Assembly (NCBI GenBank): GCA_963845565.1
Contig: CAWJSJ010000004.1
Span: 96,001-160,000, forward strand
Length of the DNA stretch: 64,000 nucleotides
Source: an uncultured Methylomirabilota bacterium
GTDB lineage: Bacteria > Methylomirabilota > Methylomirabilia > Methylomirabilales > 2-02-FULL-66-22
Direction of reading: 5' to 3'
A program made the translations under genes and the position numbers. The notes beneath the pieces are model-generated. The model was given only the letters and a program-made list of their open reading frames with translations, was not told where the DNA came from and ran no database searches. This document shows, piece by piece, positions 34,323 through 45,810 of this stretch (position 1 is the stretch's first letter; each line of letters opens with the position of its first letter).

Positions 34323-34967
34323 GTGTCGAGACATCTCCCGGAACCTCCTGGGCGCGAGCCCGTCGTGGAGGTGGGCGTGACCTTCCGAGAAACCGTCATG
34401 CGCATTCTGGAGGCCCGGCGTCCCCGGCAGGAAACGCCGCCGGGGTATCGCCGGGCGGCGGTCCTCCTCCCGCTGTATGAGACGGCGGCAGGCCCATGCC
34501 TCGTGTTGACGAAGCGGACCGACCGGGTCCCGACCCATAAAGGGCAGATCAGCTTTCCCGGCGGCGGGTTCCACGAGACCGACGGCGATTTGCTGACAAC
34601 CGCGCTCCGTGAGTCGGCGGAAGAGATCGGCCTGCGGGCACACGATGTGGCGGTGGCGGGTGTCCTGGACGATGCGGCAACGGCGGCCTCGGCCCATGTC
34701 GTGCGGCCGTTCGTCGGGTTTATCCCGCATCCCTATCCGTTTCGCCTCGACACGTTCGAGATCGAGACCCTGATCCACCTGCCGCTCGGCCCCCTGCTTG
34801 CCGAGAACTGTTTTCGGGAGGAGATCTGGGACCAGGGCGGTCACCCTCATCCGGTCTTTTTTTACGACCACGCCGGCCAGATGATTTGGGGATTGACGGC
34901 GAGGATCTTGAAGCAATTCGTGGAGGTCATCCGTCCGTCGCTCCAACACGGCGGCCAGGCAGGGTAA
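34323..34967 (+). CDS. NUDIX hydrolase, CoA pyrophosphatase (NudL) type
   Basis: AAVL.PL, HKGQISFPGG, TALRESAEEIG, IWGLTA.IL. Confidence 0.88.
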   Translation: MSRHLPEPPGREPVVEVGVTFRETVMRILEARRPRQETPPGYRRAAVLLPLYETAAGPCLVLTKRTDRVPTHKGQISFPGGGFHETDGDLLTTALRESAEEIGLRAHDVAVAGVLDDAATAASAHVVRPFVGFIPHPYPFRLDTFEIETLIHLPLGPLLAENCFREEIWDQGGHPHPVFFYDHAGQMIWGLTARILKQFVEVIRPSLQHGGQAG

Positions 34968-35022
34968 GCGGCTCGAGCATCGCGCCCCACTGGCGGTCTT
35001 TCTCTTCGCGATGCGCCCTTAG

Positions 35023-35194
35023 CAGGCTGCGGAAAAACGCGCTTTCGCTCAGGCTGCTCAAAAAGGCCCAGGTGCAAGGCGGCGCGCCGGGTACCCATCC
35101 GGAGGATGGGTGCTGGTGCGAGGCGTACTCACGCGTACGTCGCAGCGCCGCGCGAGCGTGCCAACGTGGCAGATGGGCCTTTTTCGGCAGCCTG
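35023..35194. mobile_element. MITE-like non-autonomous element
   Basis: Left ends CAGGCTGCGGAAAAA (35023) and CAGGCTGCTCAAAAAGGCCCA (35050-35070); right end TGGGCCTTTTTCGGCAGCCTG (35174-35194); TTAG on both flanks. Confidence 0.65.
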
Positions 35195-35821
35195 TTAGGC
35201 GTGTGCCCGGTGTCGGGCCTGGCCCCGCAGGAAGATTCCCAGCGGACGCCGCTCGACCAGAGCCAACCCGGCCGCCTCGTTCCGATACTCCCACCGATCC
35301 AGGGCCAGCGGCCGCAAGTCGACCTGAAACCCGGCGCCGATCTCCGAGGCGGCCTGTGTGACGATAGCGGCAGCCTCGTTTTCGGAGTAGTTCCCGCAGA
35401 TGGCGAAACGGATGATCCGGGACCCTTCGTCCACCATGATGGTGGGCAGGCCGGTCGCTCCGTCATCCGGGTGACAGATGAAGCCGCCCGGAACGTACTC
35501 CACCGTGCCGACATTGTCGAAGAGGTGCTCCAGGAGTGCGGGCGGGTCCCACGTCCCTTCCACGGCGTAGGAGACACCGAACCCGAACGCCTCCGCGTGG
35601 GGCGATCGGGGGGGCGCGTCGTTCTTGACGCGATAGAGCCCTCGGCATCTGAGGCACGCCACCGCGGTGCCGTGTGATCCGTCCGCCTCCAGGGCGATGC
35701 TGAGGCGGGCCCCACAGGTCGGGCAGTCTCCCGCCAGGCAGGTGCAATCATCGTCGGGGCGCACTTCCACAACGCCGGCCAGCAGTGGCGGCGACGCCGC
35801 GTCTCGCGAGGGGCCTTCCAT
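35195..35821 (-). CDS. Hypothetical protein with an N-terminal zinc-ribbon-like region
   Basis: AAGGAAGG RBS; CTC...CPTC...CLRC. Confidence 0.55.
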   Translation of the reverse strand: MEGPSRDAASPPLLAGVVEVRPDDDCTCLAGDCPTCGARLSIALEADGSHGTAVACLRCRGLYRVKNDAPPRSPHAEAFGFGVSYAVEGTWDPPALLEHLFDNVGTVEYVPGGFICHPDDGATGLPTIMVDEGSRIIRFAICGNYSENEAAAIVTQAASEIGAGFQVDLRPLALDRWEYRNEAAGLALVERRPLGIFLRGQARHRAHA

Positions 35822-35900
35822 CGGTGCCGTTCCTTCCTTGAGCGCCGGGATAGCCGGGAAGATCGGCAGACGCCTGTGGCGCGTCCCCGATTCCTCCTGC

Positions 35901-35918
35901 TTGCAGGCTGCGTACCAA
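35901..35918 (-). promoter_or_regulatory. Candidate sigma-54 (-24/-12) promoter
   Basis: Minus strand TTGGTACGCAGCCTGCAA = GG-N10-GC, ~80 nt upstream of the ATG at 35821. Confidence 0.45.
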
Positions 35919-36145
35919 GGGCGTGCAAGGGCAAGCCTGTAAAACGCACGAGTTCCGGGGGATTTCACATGTCGCGGCGGGTATGGGCCGTGGCGGGCCC
36001 CACCCGGCACGCTCGGTCACGCGTTCTTCGGAGACGTCAGGCTGGGCGCGATCCTTCCCGGGCAGGATTTGCGCCGCGGTGGAACTTACTGCCGGTCTTC
36101 GCGAGCCGTGTGGACCACCGGCCGGATTTCTACCCGGCTTTTTGC

Positions 36146-36174
36146 TTGACACCGGAAGGGTGGCAGATTAGCGT
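36146..36174 (+). promoter_or_regulatory. Sigma70-type promoter of the GT4-PTPS-folE operon
   Basis: TTGACA-N17-TAGCGT. Confidence 0.55.
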
Positions 36175-36301
36175 CCTGTCCAGCGGCCCACCGAGGATCT
36201 CCCCGGCTCGCCCGGAATCGCAGTGGTTGCCCTGTGTTTCGAATTCTCGAGCGGCGAGGAAAACTCCCTCGCGCTGAGTCACGGCCTCGCAATCTTCGAC
36301 C

Positions 36302-37531
36302 ATGCCGGAATTCCCCACAATCCTCCCGCGAACAGAGGCGGGTCCGCCCGCCGGACCCGCCGATCTGGCGTTCGTGACCTCCACCCCCCTCACGGTTGCG
36401 GGGGGGAGCGGAACCTACGTGGGCATTCGTGAGTTGGCGCGATGCCTGGCGGACCGGCAGGTTCGCATCGCGACCTACGCGCCCGGTTTTTGGGCACCCA
36501 GCTTTACCCTGAAGCGCCTGCTGTTCAACCTCCAGGTGGCGCCGCGCCTCCGGGCCGGACGGCACGACTGGGTGGTCGGTTTCGACTTGGACGGGTTTCA
36601 CTACGGGCGCCGGCCCACCGCGCCCTACGTTGCCAGCATCAAGGGCGTGATTGCCGACGAACTCCGGAACGAACGGGGCCTCGTCCGCCGGATGCTGGCG
36701 ATCCAAGCGGCGTTCGAGCGACTGGCCGTGCACCGTGCCGATGTGGTGGTCGCCACCAGCGCTTACTCTCGGGGTCGGATCGCGGAGGCCTATGGGGTTC
36801 CCATTGCCAAGGTGGTGGTGGTTCCGGAATTGATCGACCTCCGCGCCTGGGAGGCCACCGGGGAACCGGGGAGCGCGATGGAGGAGGATCCTCCGGCGGT
36901 CCTGACCGTGGCCCATCTGTACCCTCGGAAAAACGTCGGCGTCCTGCTCCGGGGCTACGCCCGGCTGCGCTCGGCCGGCGTGTCCTTCCAGGGCTGGATC
37001 GTGGGGGACGGGCCGTGCCGGCGTGCGTGGGAGCGGCTGCGAGACGATCTTTCCTTGCAGGGCCGTGTCGAGTTCCTGGGAACCATCTCGCGCCGCGAGT
37101 TGGCGGATCGGTACCGCCGGGCCGCCGTCTTCTGTCTGCCGAGCCGGCAGGAGGGGTTCGGCATTGTTTTTCTGGAGGCCATGGCCCACGCGCGGCCAAT
37201 CGTGGCGGCCCGGGCCGCTGCGGTCCCCGAGACGGTGACGGACGGCGAGGTCGGTATCCTGGCCGACCCCAACGATCCCGAGGAGTTTTCGCAGGCGCTG
37301 GCGACCCTGCTGGCGGATCGCGACCTGCGACGGCGCATGGGGCAGGCCGGCCGTCGGCGGGTGGAGTGCTATCGTTCCGATCGCGTGACGGCGCGATTCC
37401 TGGAAACGGTCCGGGTCGCCCTGCGCGACCGGTCCGGGCCGGCGGTCCGACAGGATTCGGGTCCAGAGCGCGCCGGGGACCGCTCACTCGCCGTCGGCGA
37501 GGCCGGCAGGCGGAGGGAGGGTATGCAATGA
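36302..37531 (+). CDS. Family 4 (GT-B) glycosyltransferase
   Basis: RKNV, VGDGP, PSRQEGFGIVFLEAMA (E-x7-E). Confidence 0.9.
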   Translation: MPEFPTILPRTEAGPPAGPADLAFVTSTPLTVAGGSGTYVGIRELARCLADRQVRIATYAPGFWAPSFTLKRLLFNLQVAPRLRAGRHDWVVGFDLDGFHYGRRPTAPYVASIKGVIADELRNERGLVRRMLAIQAAFERLAVHRADVVVATSAYSRGRIAEAYGVPIAKVVVVPELIDLRAWEATGEPGSAMEEDPPAVLTVAHLYPRKNVGVLLRGYARLRSAGVSFQGWIVGDGPCRRAWERLRDDLSLQGRVEFLGTISRRELADRYRRAAVFCLPSRQEGFGIVFLEAMAHARPIVAARAAAVPETVTDGEVGILADPNDPEEFSQALATLLADRDLRRRMGQAGRRRVECYRSDRVTARFLETVRVALRDRSGPAVRQDSGPERAGDRSLAVGEAGRRREGMQ

Positions 37532-37941
37532 TCCGCGTGACGAAGCGGGTGGAGTTCTGCGCCGCCCATCGCTACGTGAACCGGGCGTGGGACGACGCAG
37601 AGAACCGGCGGCGGTTCGGGAAGGCCGCGAACCTGCACGGCCATAACTACGTTCTGGAGGTCACGATCCAGGGGACGCCGTCCCCGGACACCGGCATGGT
37701 GATGGACCTCAAAGCCCTGAAGGACCTCATCACCGAGGCGGTGCTGGATCGATTGGATCATAAGAATCTGAACGTGGACGTGGTCGCCTTTGCAGAGACG
37801 CTGCCCACGCCGGAAAACCTGGCCGTCGTGATCTGGGACTGGCTCGCGGTTCGACTCGCGGACGCCGGCCTGTACCGTGTGCGCCTGCGGGAGGACGGCG
37901 GATCGTGCGTCGACTACTTCGGAGAGACGGGGCAGCCATGA
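37528..37941 (+). CDS. 6-pyruvoyl-tetrahydropterin synthase / QueD-family protein lacking the active-site Cys
   Basis: ATGA overlap; FCAAH, KAANLHGHNY, GMVMDL, LDHKNLN, PTPEN. Confidence 0.88.
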   Translation: MIRVTKRVEFCAAHRYVNRAWDDAENRRRFGKAANLHGHNYVLEVTIQGTPSPDTGMVMDLKALKDLITEAVLDRLDHKNLNVDVVAFAETLPTPENLAVVIWDWLAVRLADAGLYRVRLREDGGSCVDYFGETGQP

Positions 37942-38396
37942 GCGGCCCCGGGGCGATCGCCCGCGCGTCGCGGGTTCCGGTCGTGGAGGTGACCCAGGAC
38001 TTTCGCTTCGCCGCGGCCCATCGGATGCACAACCCGCGCTTCTCGGCGGAGGAGAATCGGCGGCTCTACGGGCGATGCAATCACCCCAGCGGGCACGGCC
38101 ACACCTACCGCCTGGCGGTGACCATCCGCGGGGCCATCTCACCGGAGACTGGCCGCCTCGACGACGGGGAGCGGCTGGCCGCCTTGGTGCAGGCGCGGGT
38201 GTTGGATCGCGTCGATCAGGCGGATCTCGACGGTCTGATCACACCGGCCGATGGGGTGACCAGCACCACGGAAGTCCTGGCCGGCGTGCTATGGCGGATC
38301 CTGGAGGCGGCATTGCCGCCGGGGCGGCTGGTCCGGTTGCGCCTGGAGGAGACGCCGAACAATTTCTTTGAGCTGGATCGCGGCGACCGGCGATGA
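37938..38396 (+). CDS. 6-pyruvoyl-tetrahydropterin synthase, PTPS-II-type motif
   Basis: ATGA overlap; [19 protein letters not shown] (C-x5-HGH), STTE, LEETPNN. Confidence 0.85.
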   Translation: MSGPGAIARASRVPVVEVTQDFRFAAAHRMHNPRFSAEENRRLYGRCNHPSGHGHTYRLAVTIRGAISPETGRLDDGERLAALVQARVLDRVDQADLDGLITPADGVTSTTEVLAGVLWRILEAALPPGRLVRLRLEETPNNFFELDRGDRR

Positions 38397-38454
38397 CCGA
38401 CACCGCGGTCGATCGGAGGACTCCGACCCTCGGGGTCCGGAAAGCGAGCGGGAA

Positions 38455-39012
38455 ATGATCGAACCGTTGATTGTGGACCTGCTGAAGGAGTTGGGAGAGG
38501 ACCCGCATCGCGAAGGCCTGCGCAGGACGCCGGAGCGCGTGGCGAGTGCCATGCACTACTTCACCTCCGGATATCACAAGACCGTGGAGGAGGTGCTGAA
38601 CGAGGCGATCTTCACCGAACACTACGACGAAATGGTGGTGGTGAAGGATATCGAGATGTATTCGCTCTGCGAACACCACCTGCTACCCTTTTACGGGAAG
38701 GCGCACATCGCGTACCTCCCGGCCGGGAAGATCGTCGGTCTCAGCAAGCTGGCACGTCTGGTGGACATGTTTGCGCGTCGGCTCCAGGTCCAGGAGCGGC
38801 TCACCACGCAGATCGCTCAGGCCCTGCAGGACACCCTGCAACCGGCGGGGGTGGCGGTGGTCATCGAGGCCGTCCATTTCTGCATGATGATGCGCGGAGT
38901 GGAGAAACAGAACAGCAAGGCCATCACCTCCTGCATGCTGGGCGCCTTCCGGGATTCGCGCATGACCCGCGAGGAGTTCCTCCAGTTGATCCACAGCCAC
39001 CGCACGCTGTGA
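38455..39012 (+). CDS. folE: GTP cyclohydrolase I
   Basis: [42 protein letters not shown]. Confidence 0.96.
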   Translation: MIEPLIVDLLKELGEDPHREGLRRTPERVASAMHYFTSGYHKTVEEVLNEAIFTEHYDEMVVVKDIEMYSLCEHHLLPFYGKAHIAYLPAGKIVGLSKLARLVDMFARRLQVQERLTTQIAQALQDTLQPAGVAVVIEAVHFCMMMRGVEKQNSKAITSCMLGAFRDSRMTREEFLQLIHSHRTL

Positions 39013-39032
39013 CACAATGACCAACAACCTAC

Positions 39033-39069
39033 CCCGGACTCTTCACGAAGGATTCGTGAAGCGTCCGGG
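39033..39069. repeat. 37-bp imperfect palindrome, member of a dispersed family
   Basis: CCCGGACTCTTCACGAAGGATTCGTGAAGCGTCCGGG; close relative at 52029-52065 (reverse orientation), looser ones at 41685-41723, 51818-51854, 62766-62801. Confidence 0.65.
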
Positions 39070-39188
39070 CCGGGCCAACCGCGCGGCACGTCGTGCCCGC
39101 CGCTCCGCCATCTCGGGGGCACGGCGGCGGGCACGGACCGACCCCTGGCTACGGCGAGGAGCGTCCGCGGGCGCGGAGTTTCAGCCGC

Positions 39189-41568
<2,380 letters not shown>

Positions 41569-41748
41569 TCCGCATTATTCACGATCACGATCGCGGTTTC
41601 TGCGAGTTCACTGGCCAACGGTGGTACGTGCGTTCAGCGCGCCGTCAGCGCCGCGAGCAGTCGGCCTTTTCTGCGTTGGTCAGTCCCGGGAGTGTTCGCG
41701 AAGGTGTTCGTGAATGATCTCGGCAACAGGTGGGCTCGGGGGCGGGAG

Positions 41749-41910
41749 ATGTGCGCCAACGGTGAGGAACGGCTGGAGGCCATTCGCCGGGAGCTGCAGG
41801 CCATTCTCGAGGGCGGGAAACGCATTACCGAGCGAGATCTCCTGCGTTTGTCGGCACAGACGGGTATCGACTATTCCACCGTGGTGCGGATCCAGCAGGA
41901 GCTCTCCTAG
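41749..41910 (+). CDS. Small hypothetical protein, possibly helix-turn-helix
   Basis: GGGAG RBS; 53 aa, helical, ending LSAQTGIDYSTVVRI. Confidence 0.45.
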   Translation: MCANGEERLEAIRRELQAILEGGKRITERDLLRLSAQTGIDYSTVVRIQQELS

Positions 41911-42008
41911 CGCGGGGGATCCCCCGCAGTGACGGGTCCCTGCGGTGGCCTTCTGCGGCGGGGCCCGGAGGGCCGCGGATCAGCGTCGGGTTTGGAGGGA
42001 GACAGCGG

Positions 42009-42641
42009 GTGGAGATCACAACGTTCGTGATTGGGCCGTTGCAGAGCAATTGCTACCTGCTGGCGGACGAGGCCTCGGGTCAGGCCGCCGTGATCGACCC
42101 GGGCATGGAAAGCGGCGAGGTGCTCGAGGCGGTGCGGCGCCGGCGGCTTCACCTCGGGTCGGTGATCATCACCCATGGCCACTTCGATCATGTCTTTTCG
42201 AGCGCGCTCTTCAAGGCGGAAACGGGCGCTGGGATCGTCATGCACCCCGACGATCTCCCGCTGTTGGCGGAGGTGCCGGAGACCGCCCGCTTCTTCGGCG
42301 TGAAGGCCGCGACGCCACCGCAACCCGATCGGTTGGTGCGCGAGGGGGACACCATCGCGGTGGGCGGATTGTCTGTGCGCGTCCTGGAAACCCCCGGGCA
42401 TACCCCCGGGAGCATCTCGCTCTGGCTGGACGACGCGGTCTTCGTGGGGGACGCACTCTTCGCGGGCTCGGTGGGCCGCACCGATCTGCGGGGAGGGTCG
42501 CTGGACGCCCTGCTGCGTTCGATCCATGGCAAACTGCTCACGCTGCCAGAACGGACGGTGGTGTACGCGGGCCACGGTCCGGCCACCAGCATCGGAGTCG
42601 AGCGGCGGGACAATCCGTTCTTGCAGGCCGGAGGCCGCTGA
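42009..42641 (+). CDS. MBL-fold metallo-hydrolase (glyoxalase II-like)
   Basis: THGHFDH, TPGHTPG, GDALF.GS.GR, GHG. Confidence 0.92.
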   Translation: MEITTFVIGPLQSNCYLLADEASGQAAVIDPGMESGEVLEAVRRRRLHLGSVIITHGHFDHVFSSALFKAETGAGIVMHPDDLPLLAEVPETARFFGVKAATPPQPDRLVREGDTIAVGGLSVRVLETPGHTPGSISLWLDDAVFVGDALFAGSVGRTDLRGGSLDALLRSIHGKLLTLPERTVVYAGHGPATSIGVERRDNPFLQAGGR

Positions 42642-42643
42642 AC

Positions 42644-43150
42644 ATGGGCGCTCCGGATCATCGCGTCGCAGCGCAGGCGGTGAAGACCGTCTCCTACGCG
42701 ATCCTGACGGTGAGTGACAGCCGAACGGAGGCGACGGACGATTCGGGCCGGCTGATTCGGGCCCTCTTCACGGAGGCGGGGCACCGCTTGACGGATTACG
42801 AACTGGTGCGGAACTCCCCGGCGCACATCCGGGCGGCGGTCCGCCGATTCCTGCAGGGGGCGGCCCAATGTTTGGTCACGACCGGGGGTACGGGGGCCGG
42901 GCGGCGAGACATCACCGTGGAGACGCTCACGCCGCTCCTTGACAAGCTCCTCCCCGGGTTCGGCGAGTTGTTTCGCTGGCGCAGCGTTCAGGAGATCGGC
43001 ACCGCCGCCATGTTGAGCCGGGCGCTATGCGGAGTGAGTCGGGGAAAAGTGATCTGCTGTCTTCCGGGGTCCGAGGCTGCGGTGCGCCTGGGGATCGGAA
43101 CACTGTTGCTCCCGGAGCTTCCGCATCTAATTTGGGTTGCGAGCCGATGA
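42644..43150 (+). CDS. moaB: MogA/MoaB-family molybdenum cofactor protein
   Basis: TVSDS, DDSG, TTGGTG...RD.T.E, PGFGELFR, LSRA, LPGS. Confidence 0.88.
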   Translation: MGAPDHRVAAQAVKTVSYAILTVSDSRTEATDDSGRLIRALFTEAGHRLTDYELVRNSPAHIRAAVRRFLQGAAQCLVTTGGTGAGRRDITVETLTPLLDKLLPGFGELFRWRSVQEIGTAAMLSRALCGVSRGKVICCLPGSEAAVRLGIGTLLLPELPHLIWVASR

Positions 43151-43185
43151 GGGCCGGCCCGCTCTGACACGGAAGGAGGCTGGGC

Positions 43186-43383
43186 ATGCCGGAGCAGGAG
43201 CGAAAGCAAAAGCGGACCGATGCCGCGCCGCCGTCTGGAGGCGGCCAGGGGTCGGCCACCGCCGCGACCAAGGGCAAAAAGCTCAAAGAGGACATGGATC
43301 GGTTGGTCGATGAGATCGACGACGTGTTGGAGGAGAATGCCGAGGAGTTCGTGAAGAGTTACGTCCAGCGCGGTGGGGAATAA
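43186..43383 (+). CDS. pup: Prokaryotic ubiquitin-like protein Pup, ending in Glu
   Basis: DEIDDVLEENAEEFVKSYVQRGGE matches the Pup C-terminal signature; AGGAGG RBS. Confidence 0.93.
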   Translation: MPEQERKQKRTDAAPPSGGGQGSATAATKGKKLKEDMDRLVDEIDDVLEENAEEFVKSYVQRGGE

Positions 43384-43420
43384 CGCCGGCCGACCCGATC
43401 GATTGCCATGAGGAGCGTCC

Positions 43421-43639
43421 ATGCCGATCTACGAATTTGTTTGTGAGCAGTGTGCACACGCCTTCGAGAAGCGCGTCGCCTCCAGTCGGACGCGGGTCCG
43501 GTGCCCGCAGTGCGAGAGTGGGCGGGTGACCCGCCAGTTCTCCACCTTCGCCTTCAAGGGCGAACGCGGTTTTGTGGGATCGCACCGCGGAGGCTGTGCG
43601 GGCTGTTCCAGCGGCGGGTGAGGGACGTGCAGCCACTGA
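43421..43639 (+). CDS. FmdB-family zinc-ribbon protein, candidate selenoprotein (UGA at 43619-43621)
   Basis: MPIYEFVCEQC...CPQC; tail CAGCSSGG-TGA-GTCSH-TGA; SECIS-like hairpin downstream. Confidence 0.75.
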
Positions 43640-43669
43640 TCCCCCGCGGGCCGGGGGAACCTGCAAGTC
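43624..43669 (+). promoter_or_regulatory. Candidate bacterial SECIS element
   Basis: Upper stem TCCCCCG/CGGGGGA with loop CGGGC starting 25 nt after the UGA; lower stem TGCAG/CTGCA. Confidence 0.6.
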
Positions 43670-43760
43670 GAGTTCGGCGATCATGGCTGGGGATACCCCC
43701 CAGCCATTCGCGTCTTGGGTCGCGAGGCCTGCGCGGGCCGCGAACCCGGCCCGAAAGGGC

Positions 43761-43791
43761 TTGACACCCCTTTGAAGCCGATTAATATAAA
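43761..43791 (+). promoter_or_regulatory. Promoter upstream of arc
   Basis: TTGACA followed by AT-rich TAATATAAAA (spacer 16-19). Confidence 0.55.
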
Positions 43792-43887
43792 ACTTGGACG
43801 TCATTCCTGCGTGCGACGTGTTGCCAGGCCCTCCGCGGGCCGGTATCCGGGCGAACGCGGCGGGGGGTGGGTCGGAGGCGAACGATC

Positions 43888-45702
43888 ATGGGTGAATCGG
43901 ACACCAAGATGAACTCGCTGCGCAAGACGGTGCGGAGGCTCTCGGGGCAGGAGCCGCGATCGGAGGCCGGGAGTCCGCAACCCAGCGGCCAATACGAGAC
44001 GGACAACGACAACCTTCAGGCGCAGGTCAAGGCGCTGGAAGAAGAGATGTTCCACCTGCGTCGGCGGCTGGAGCAGACGCCGCGGGAGTTCGAGTTCCTG
44101 CGCAACAAGCTGAGCCAGTCGCGGGAGCAGTTGGACCACGCGCAGGCGCAGAACGAGCGGCTGGCGGGTGTGCTCGGCCAAGCAAAGGATCAGATCGCGG
44201 CGCTCCGCGCCGAGGTGGATAAGCTGGCGGCTCCGCCGTCCAGTTACGGGACGATCCTCCAGGTCCATCCGGACGACACGGTGGACGTGTGGACCGGCGG
44301 GCGGAAGCTCAAGGTGAACGTCACTCCCAGCGTGGATCCGGCGGCGCTGCGCCGCGGCCGCGAGGTGGTGCTGAACGAGGCGCTGAACGTCGTGGATCTG
44401 AGCGGCGGCGACCCGCAGGGCGAGATCGTCCGCCTGAAGGACCGCCTGGACGAGACGCGCGCCATGGTGACGCTGCGTGCCGACGAGGAGCGGGTGGTCG
44501 AACTGGCGGCCGACCTCGCCGCCGCCTTGCAGCCGGGGGACCTGCTGCGCCTGGACGCCAAAGCGGGGGTGGTCCTGGAGAAGCTCCCCAAGGCGGAGGT
44601 CGAGGATCTCGTCTTGGAAGAGGTCCCCAACATCACCTACACCGATATCGGCGGGTTGGCGGCGCAGATCGACCAGATCCGCGACGCCATCGAGCTGCCG
44701 GTCCTGTACGCCGACCACTTTGCGGTGCACAAGCTCTCGCCCCCCAAGGGGGTGCTGCTGTACGGGCCGCCGGGGTGCGGCAAGACGCTCATCGCCAAAG
44801 CGGTGGCCAATGCCTTGGCGCAGCAGCTCAGCCGCCAGACCGGCACGCCCAGCCGGGCGTACTTCCTCAACGTGAAGGGGCCCGAACTGCTCAACAAGTA
44901 CGTGGGCGAAACAGAGCGGAAGCTCCGCGAGATCTTCGCCCGCGCTCGGGAGAAGGCCAGCGCCGGTGCCCCCGTGGTCATCTTCTTCGACGAGATGGAT
45001 TCCCTCTTCCGGACGCGCGGATCGGGCATCTCCTCGGACGTGGAATCCACCATCGTCCCGCAGTTCTTGGCGGAGCTGGACGGCGTGGAGGGGCTCCGGC
45101 ATGTGATCGTGATCGGCGCCAGCAACCGGCAGGACCTGATCGATCCGGCCGTCCTCCGGCCGGGCCGCTTCGACGTGAAGATCCGCATCGACCGCCCCAA
45201 CCGGGAGGCGGCGCGCGAGATCTTCGCCAAGTACCTGACGACCGATCTGCCGTGGGCCGCCCCGGCGTTGGCAGCCCACGGGGACGACCCGGCGGCCACG
45301 GCGGCCGCCCTGATCGAGGAGGCGCTGACGGAGATGTTTTCCGGCGACGACGCCCACCGTTTCCTGGAGGTCACCTATGCGTCCGGGGAGAAGGAGACGC
45401 TCTACTTCAAGGACTTCGTGAGTGGGGCGATGATCGAGAGCGTCTGCACGCGGGCCAAGAAGACGGCGGTCAAGCGCATGATCACCACCGGCGTCAAGGG
45501 GATCGGTGCGGCGGATCTGACGGACGCGGTCAAGGCGGAGTTCCGGGAGAACGAGGATCTTCCCAACACCACCAACCCCGACGACTGGGCCAAGATTGCC
45601 GGCCGCCGCGGGGAACGCATCGTGCATGTCCGGCCGGTGTTCGACCGCGAAGCGAAGAAGCCCCGCAAGGTCGAGAACATCAGCACGGGCCACTATCTCT
45701 GA
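43888..45702 (+). CDS. arc: Proteasome ATPase ARC/Mpa
   Basis: N-terminal coiled coil, OB domains, GPPGCGKT, FFDEMD, LPNTTNPDDWA, C-terminal GHYL (HbYX-type). Confidence 0.96.
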   Translation: MGESDTKMNSLRKTVRRLSGQEPRSEAGSPQPSGQYETDNDNLQAQVKALEEEMFHLRRRLEQTPREFEFLRNKLSQSREQLDHAQAQNERLAGVLGQAKDQIAALRAEVDKLAAPPSSYGTILQVHPDDTVDVWTGGRKLKVNVTPSVDPAALRRGREVVLNEALNVVDLSGGDPQGEIVRLKDRLDETRAMVTLRADEERVVELAADLAAALQPGDLLRLDAKAGVVLEKLPKAEVEDLVLEEVPNITYTDIGGLAAQIDQIRDAIELPVLYADHFAVHKLSPPKGVLLYGPPGCGKTLIAKAVANALAQQLSRQTGTPSRAYFLNVKGPELLNKYVGETERKLREIFARAREKASAGAPVVIFFDEMDSLFRTRGSGISSDVESTIVPQFLAELDGVEGLRHVIVIGASNRQDLIDPAVLRPGRFDVKIRIDRPNREAAREIFAKYLTTDLPWAAPALAAHGDDPAATAAALIEEALTEMFSGDDAHRFLEVTYASGEKETLYFKDFVSGAMIESVCTRAKKTAVKRMITTGVKGIGAADLTDAVKAEFRENEDLPNTTNPDDWAKIAGRRGERIVHVRPVFDREAKKPRKVENISTGHYL

Positions 45703-45810
45703 GCCCCGACCCCGCGTTCCGAATCCCCCGAGAGGCGAACCGCCGCGTGGGGCGGCGGTGTGGGTGACCAGCCGTGCGGCGCTGCGGCGCCGTACCGAAA
45801 GGATAGCTGC

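Noticed and set aside
34175..36300. Integrated element or prophage at tRNA-Gly
   Set aside because: No integrase, phage genes or duplicated tRNA 3' end noticed in the window.
37528..39012. Queuosine or 7-deazaguanine DNA-modification cluster
   Set aside because: No queC, queE, tgt or dpdA nearby, and neither PTPS has the C-x3-HGH QueD motif.
43186..43383. UBact rather than Pup
   Set aside because: The C-terminus EIDDVLEENAEEFV..YVQ.GGE is the Pup signature.
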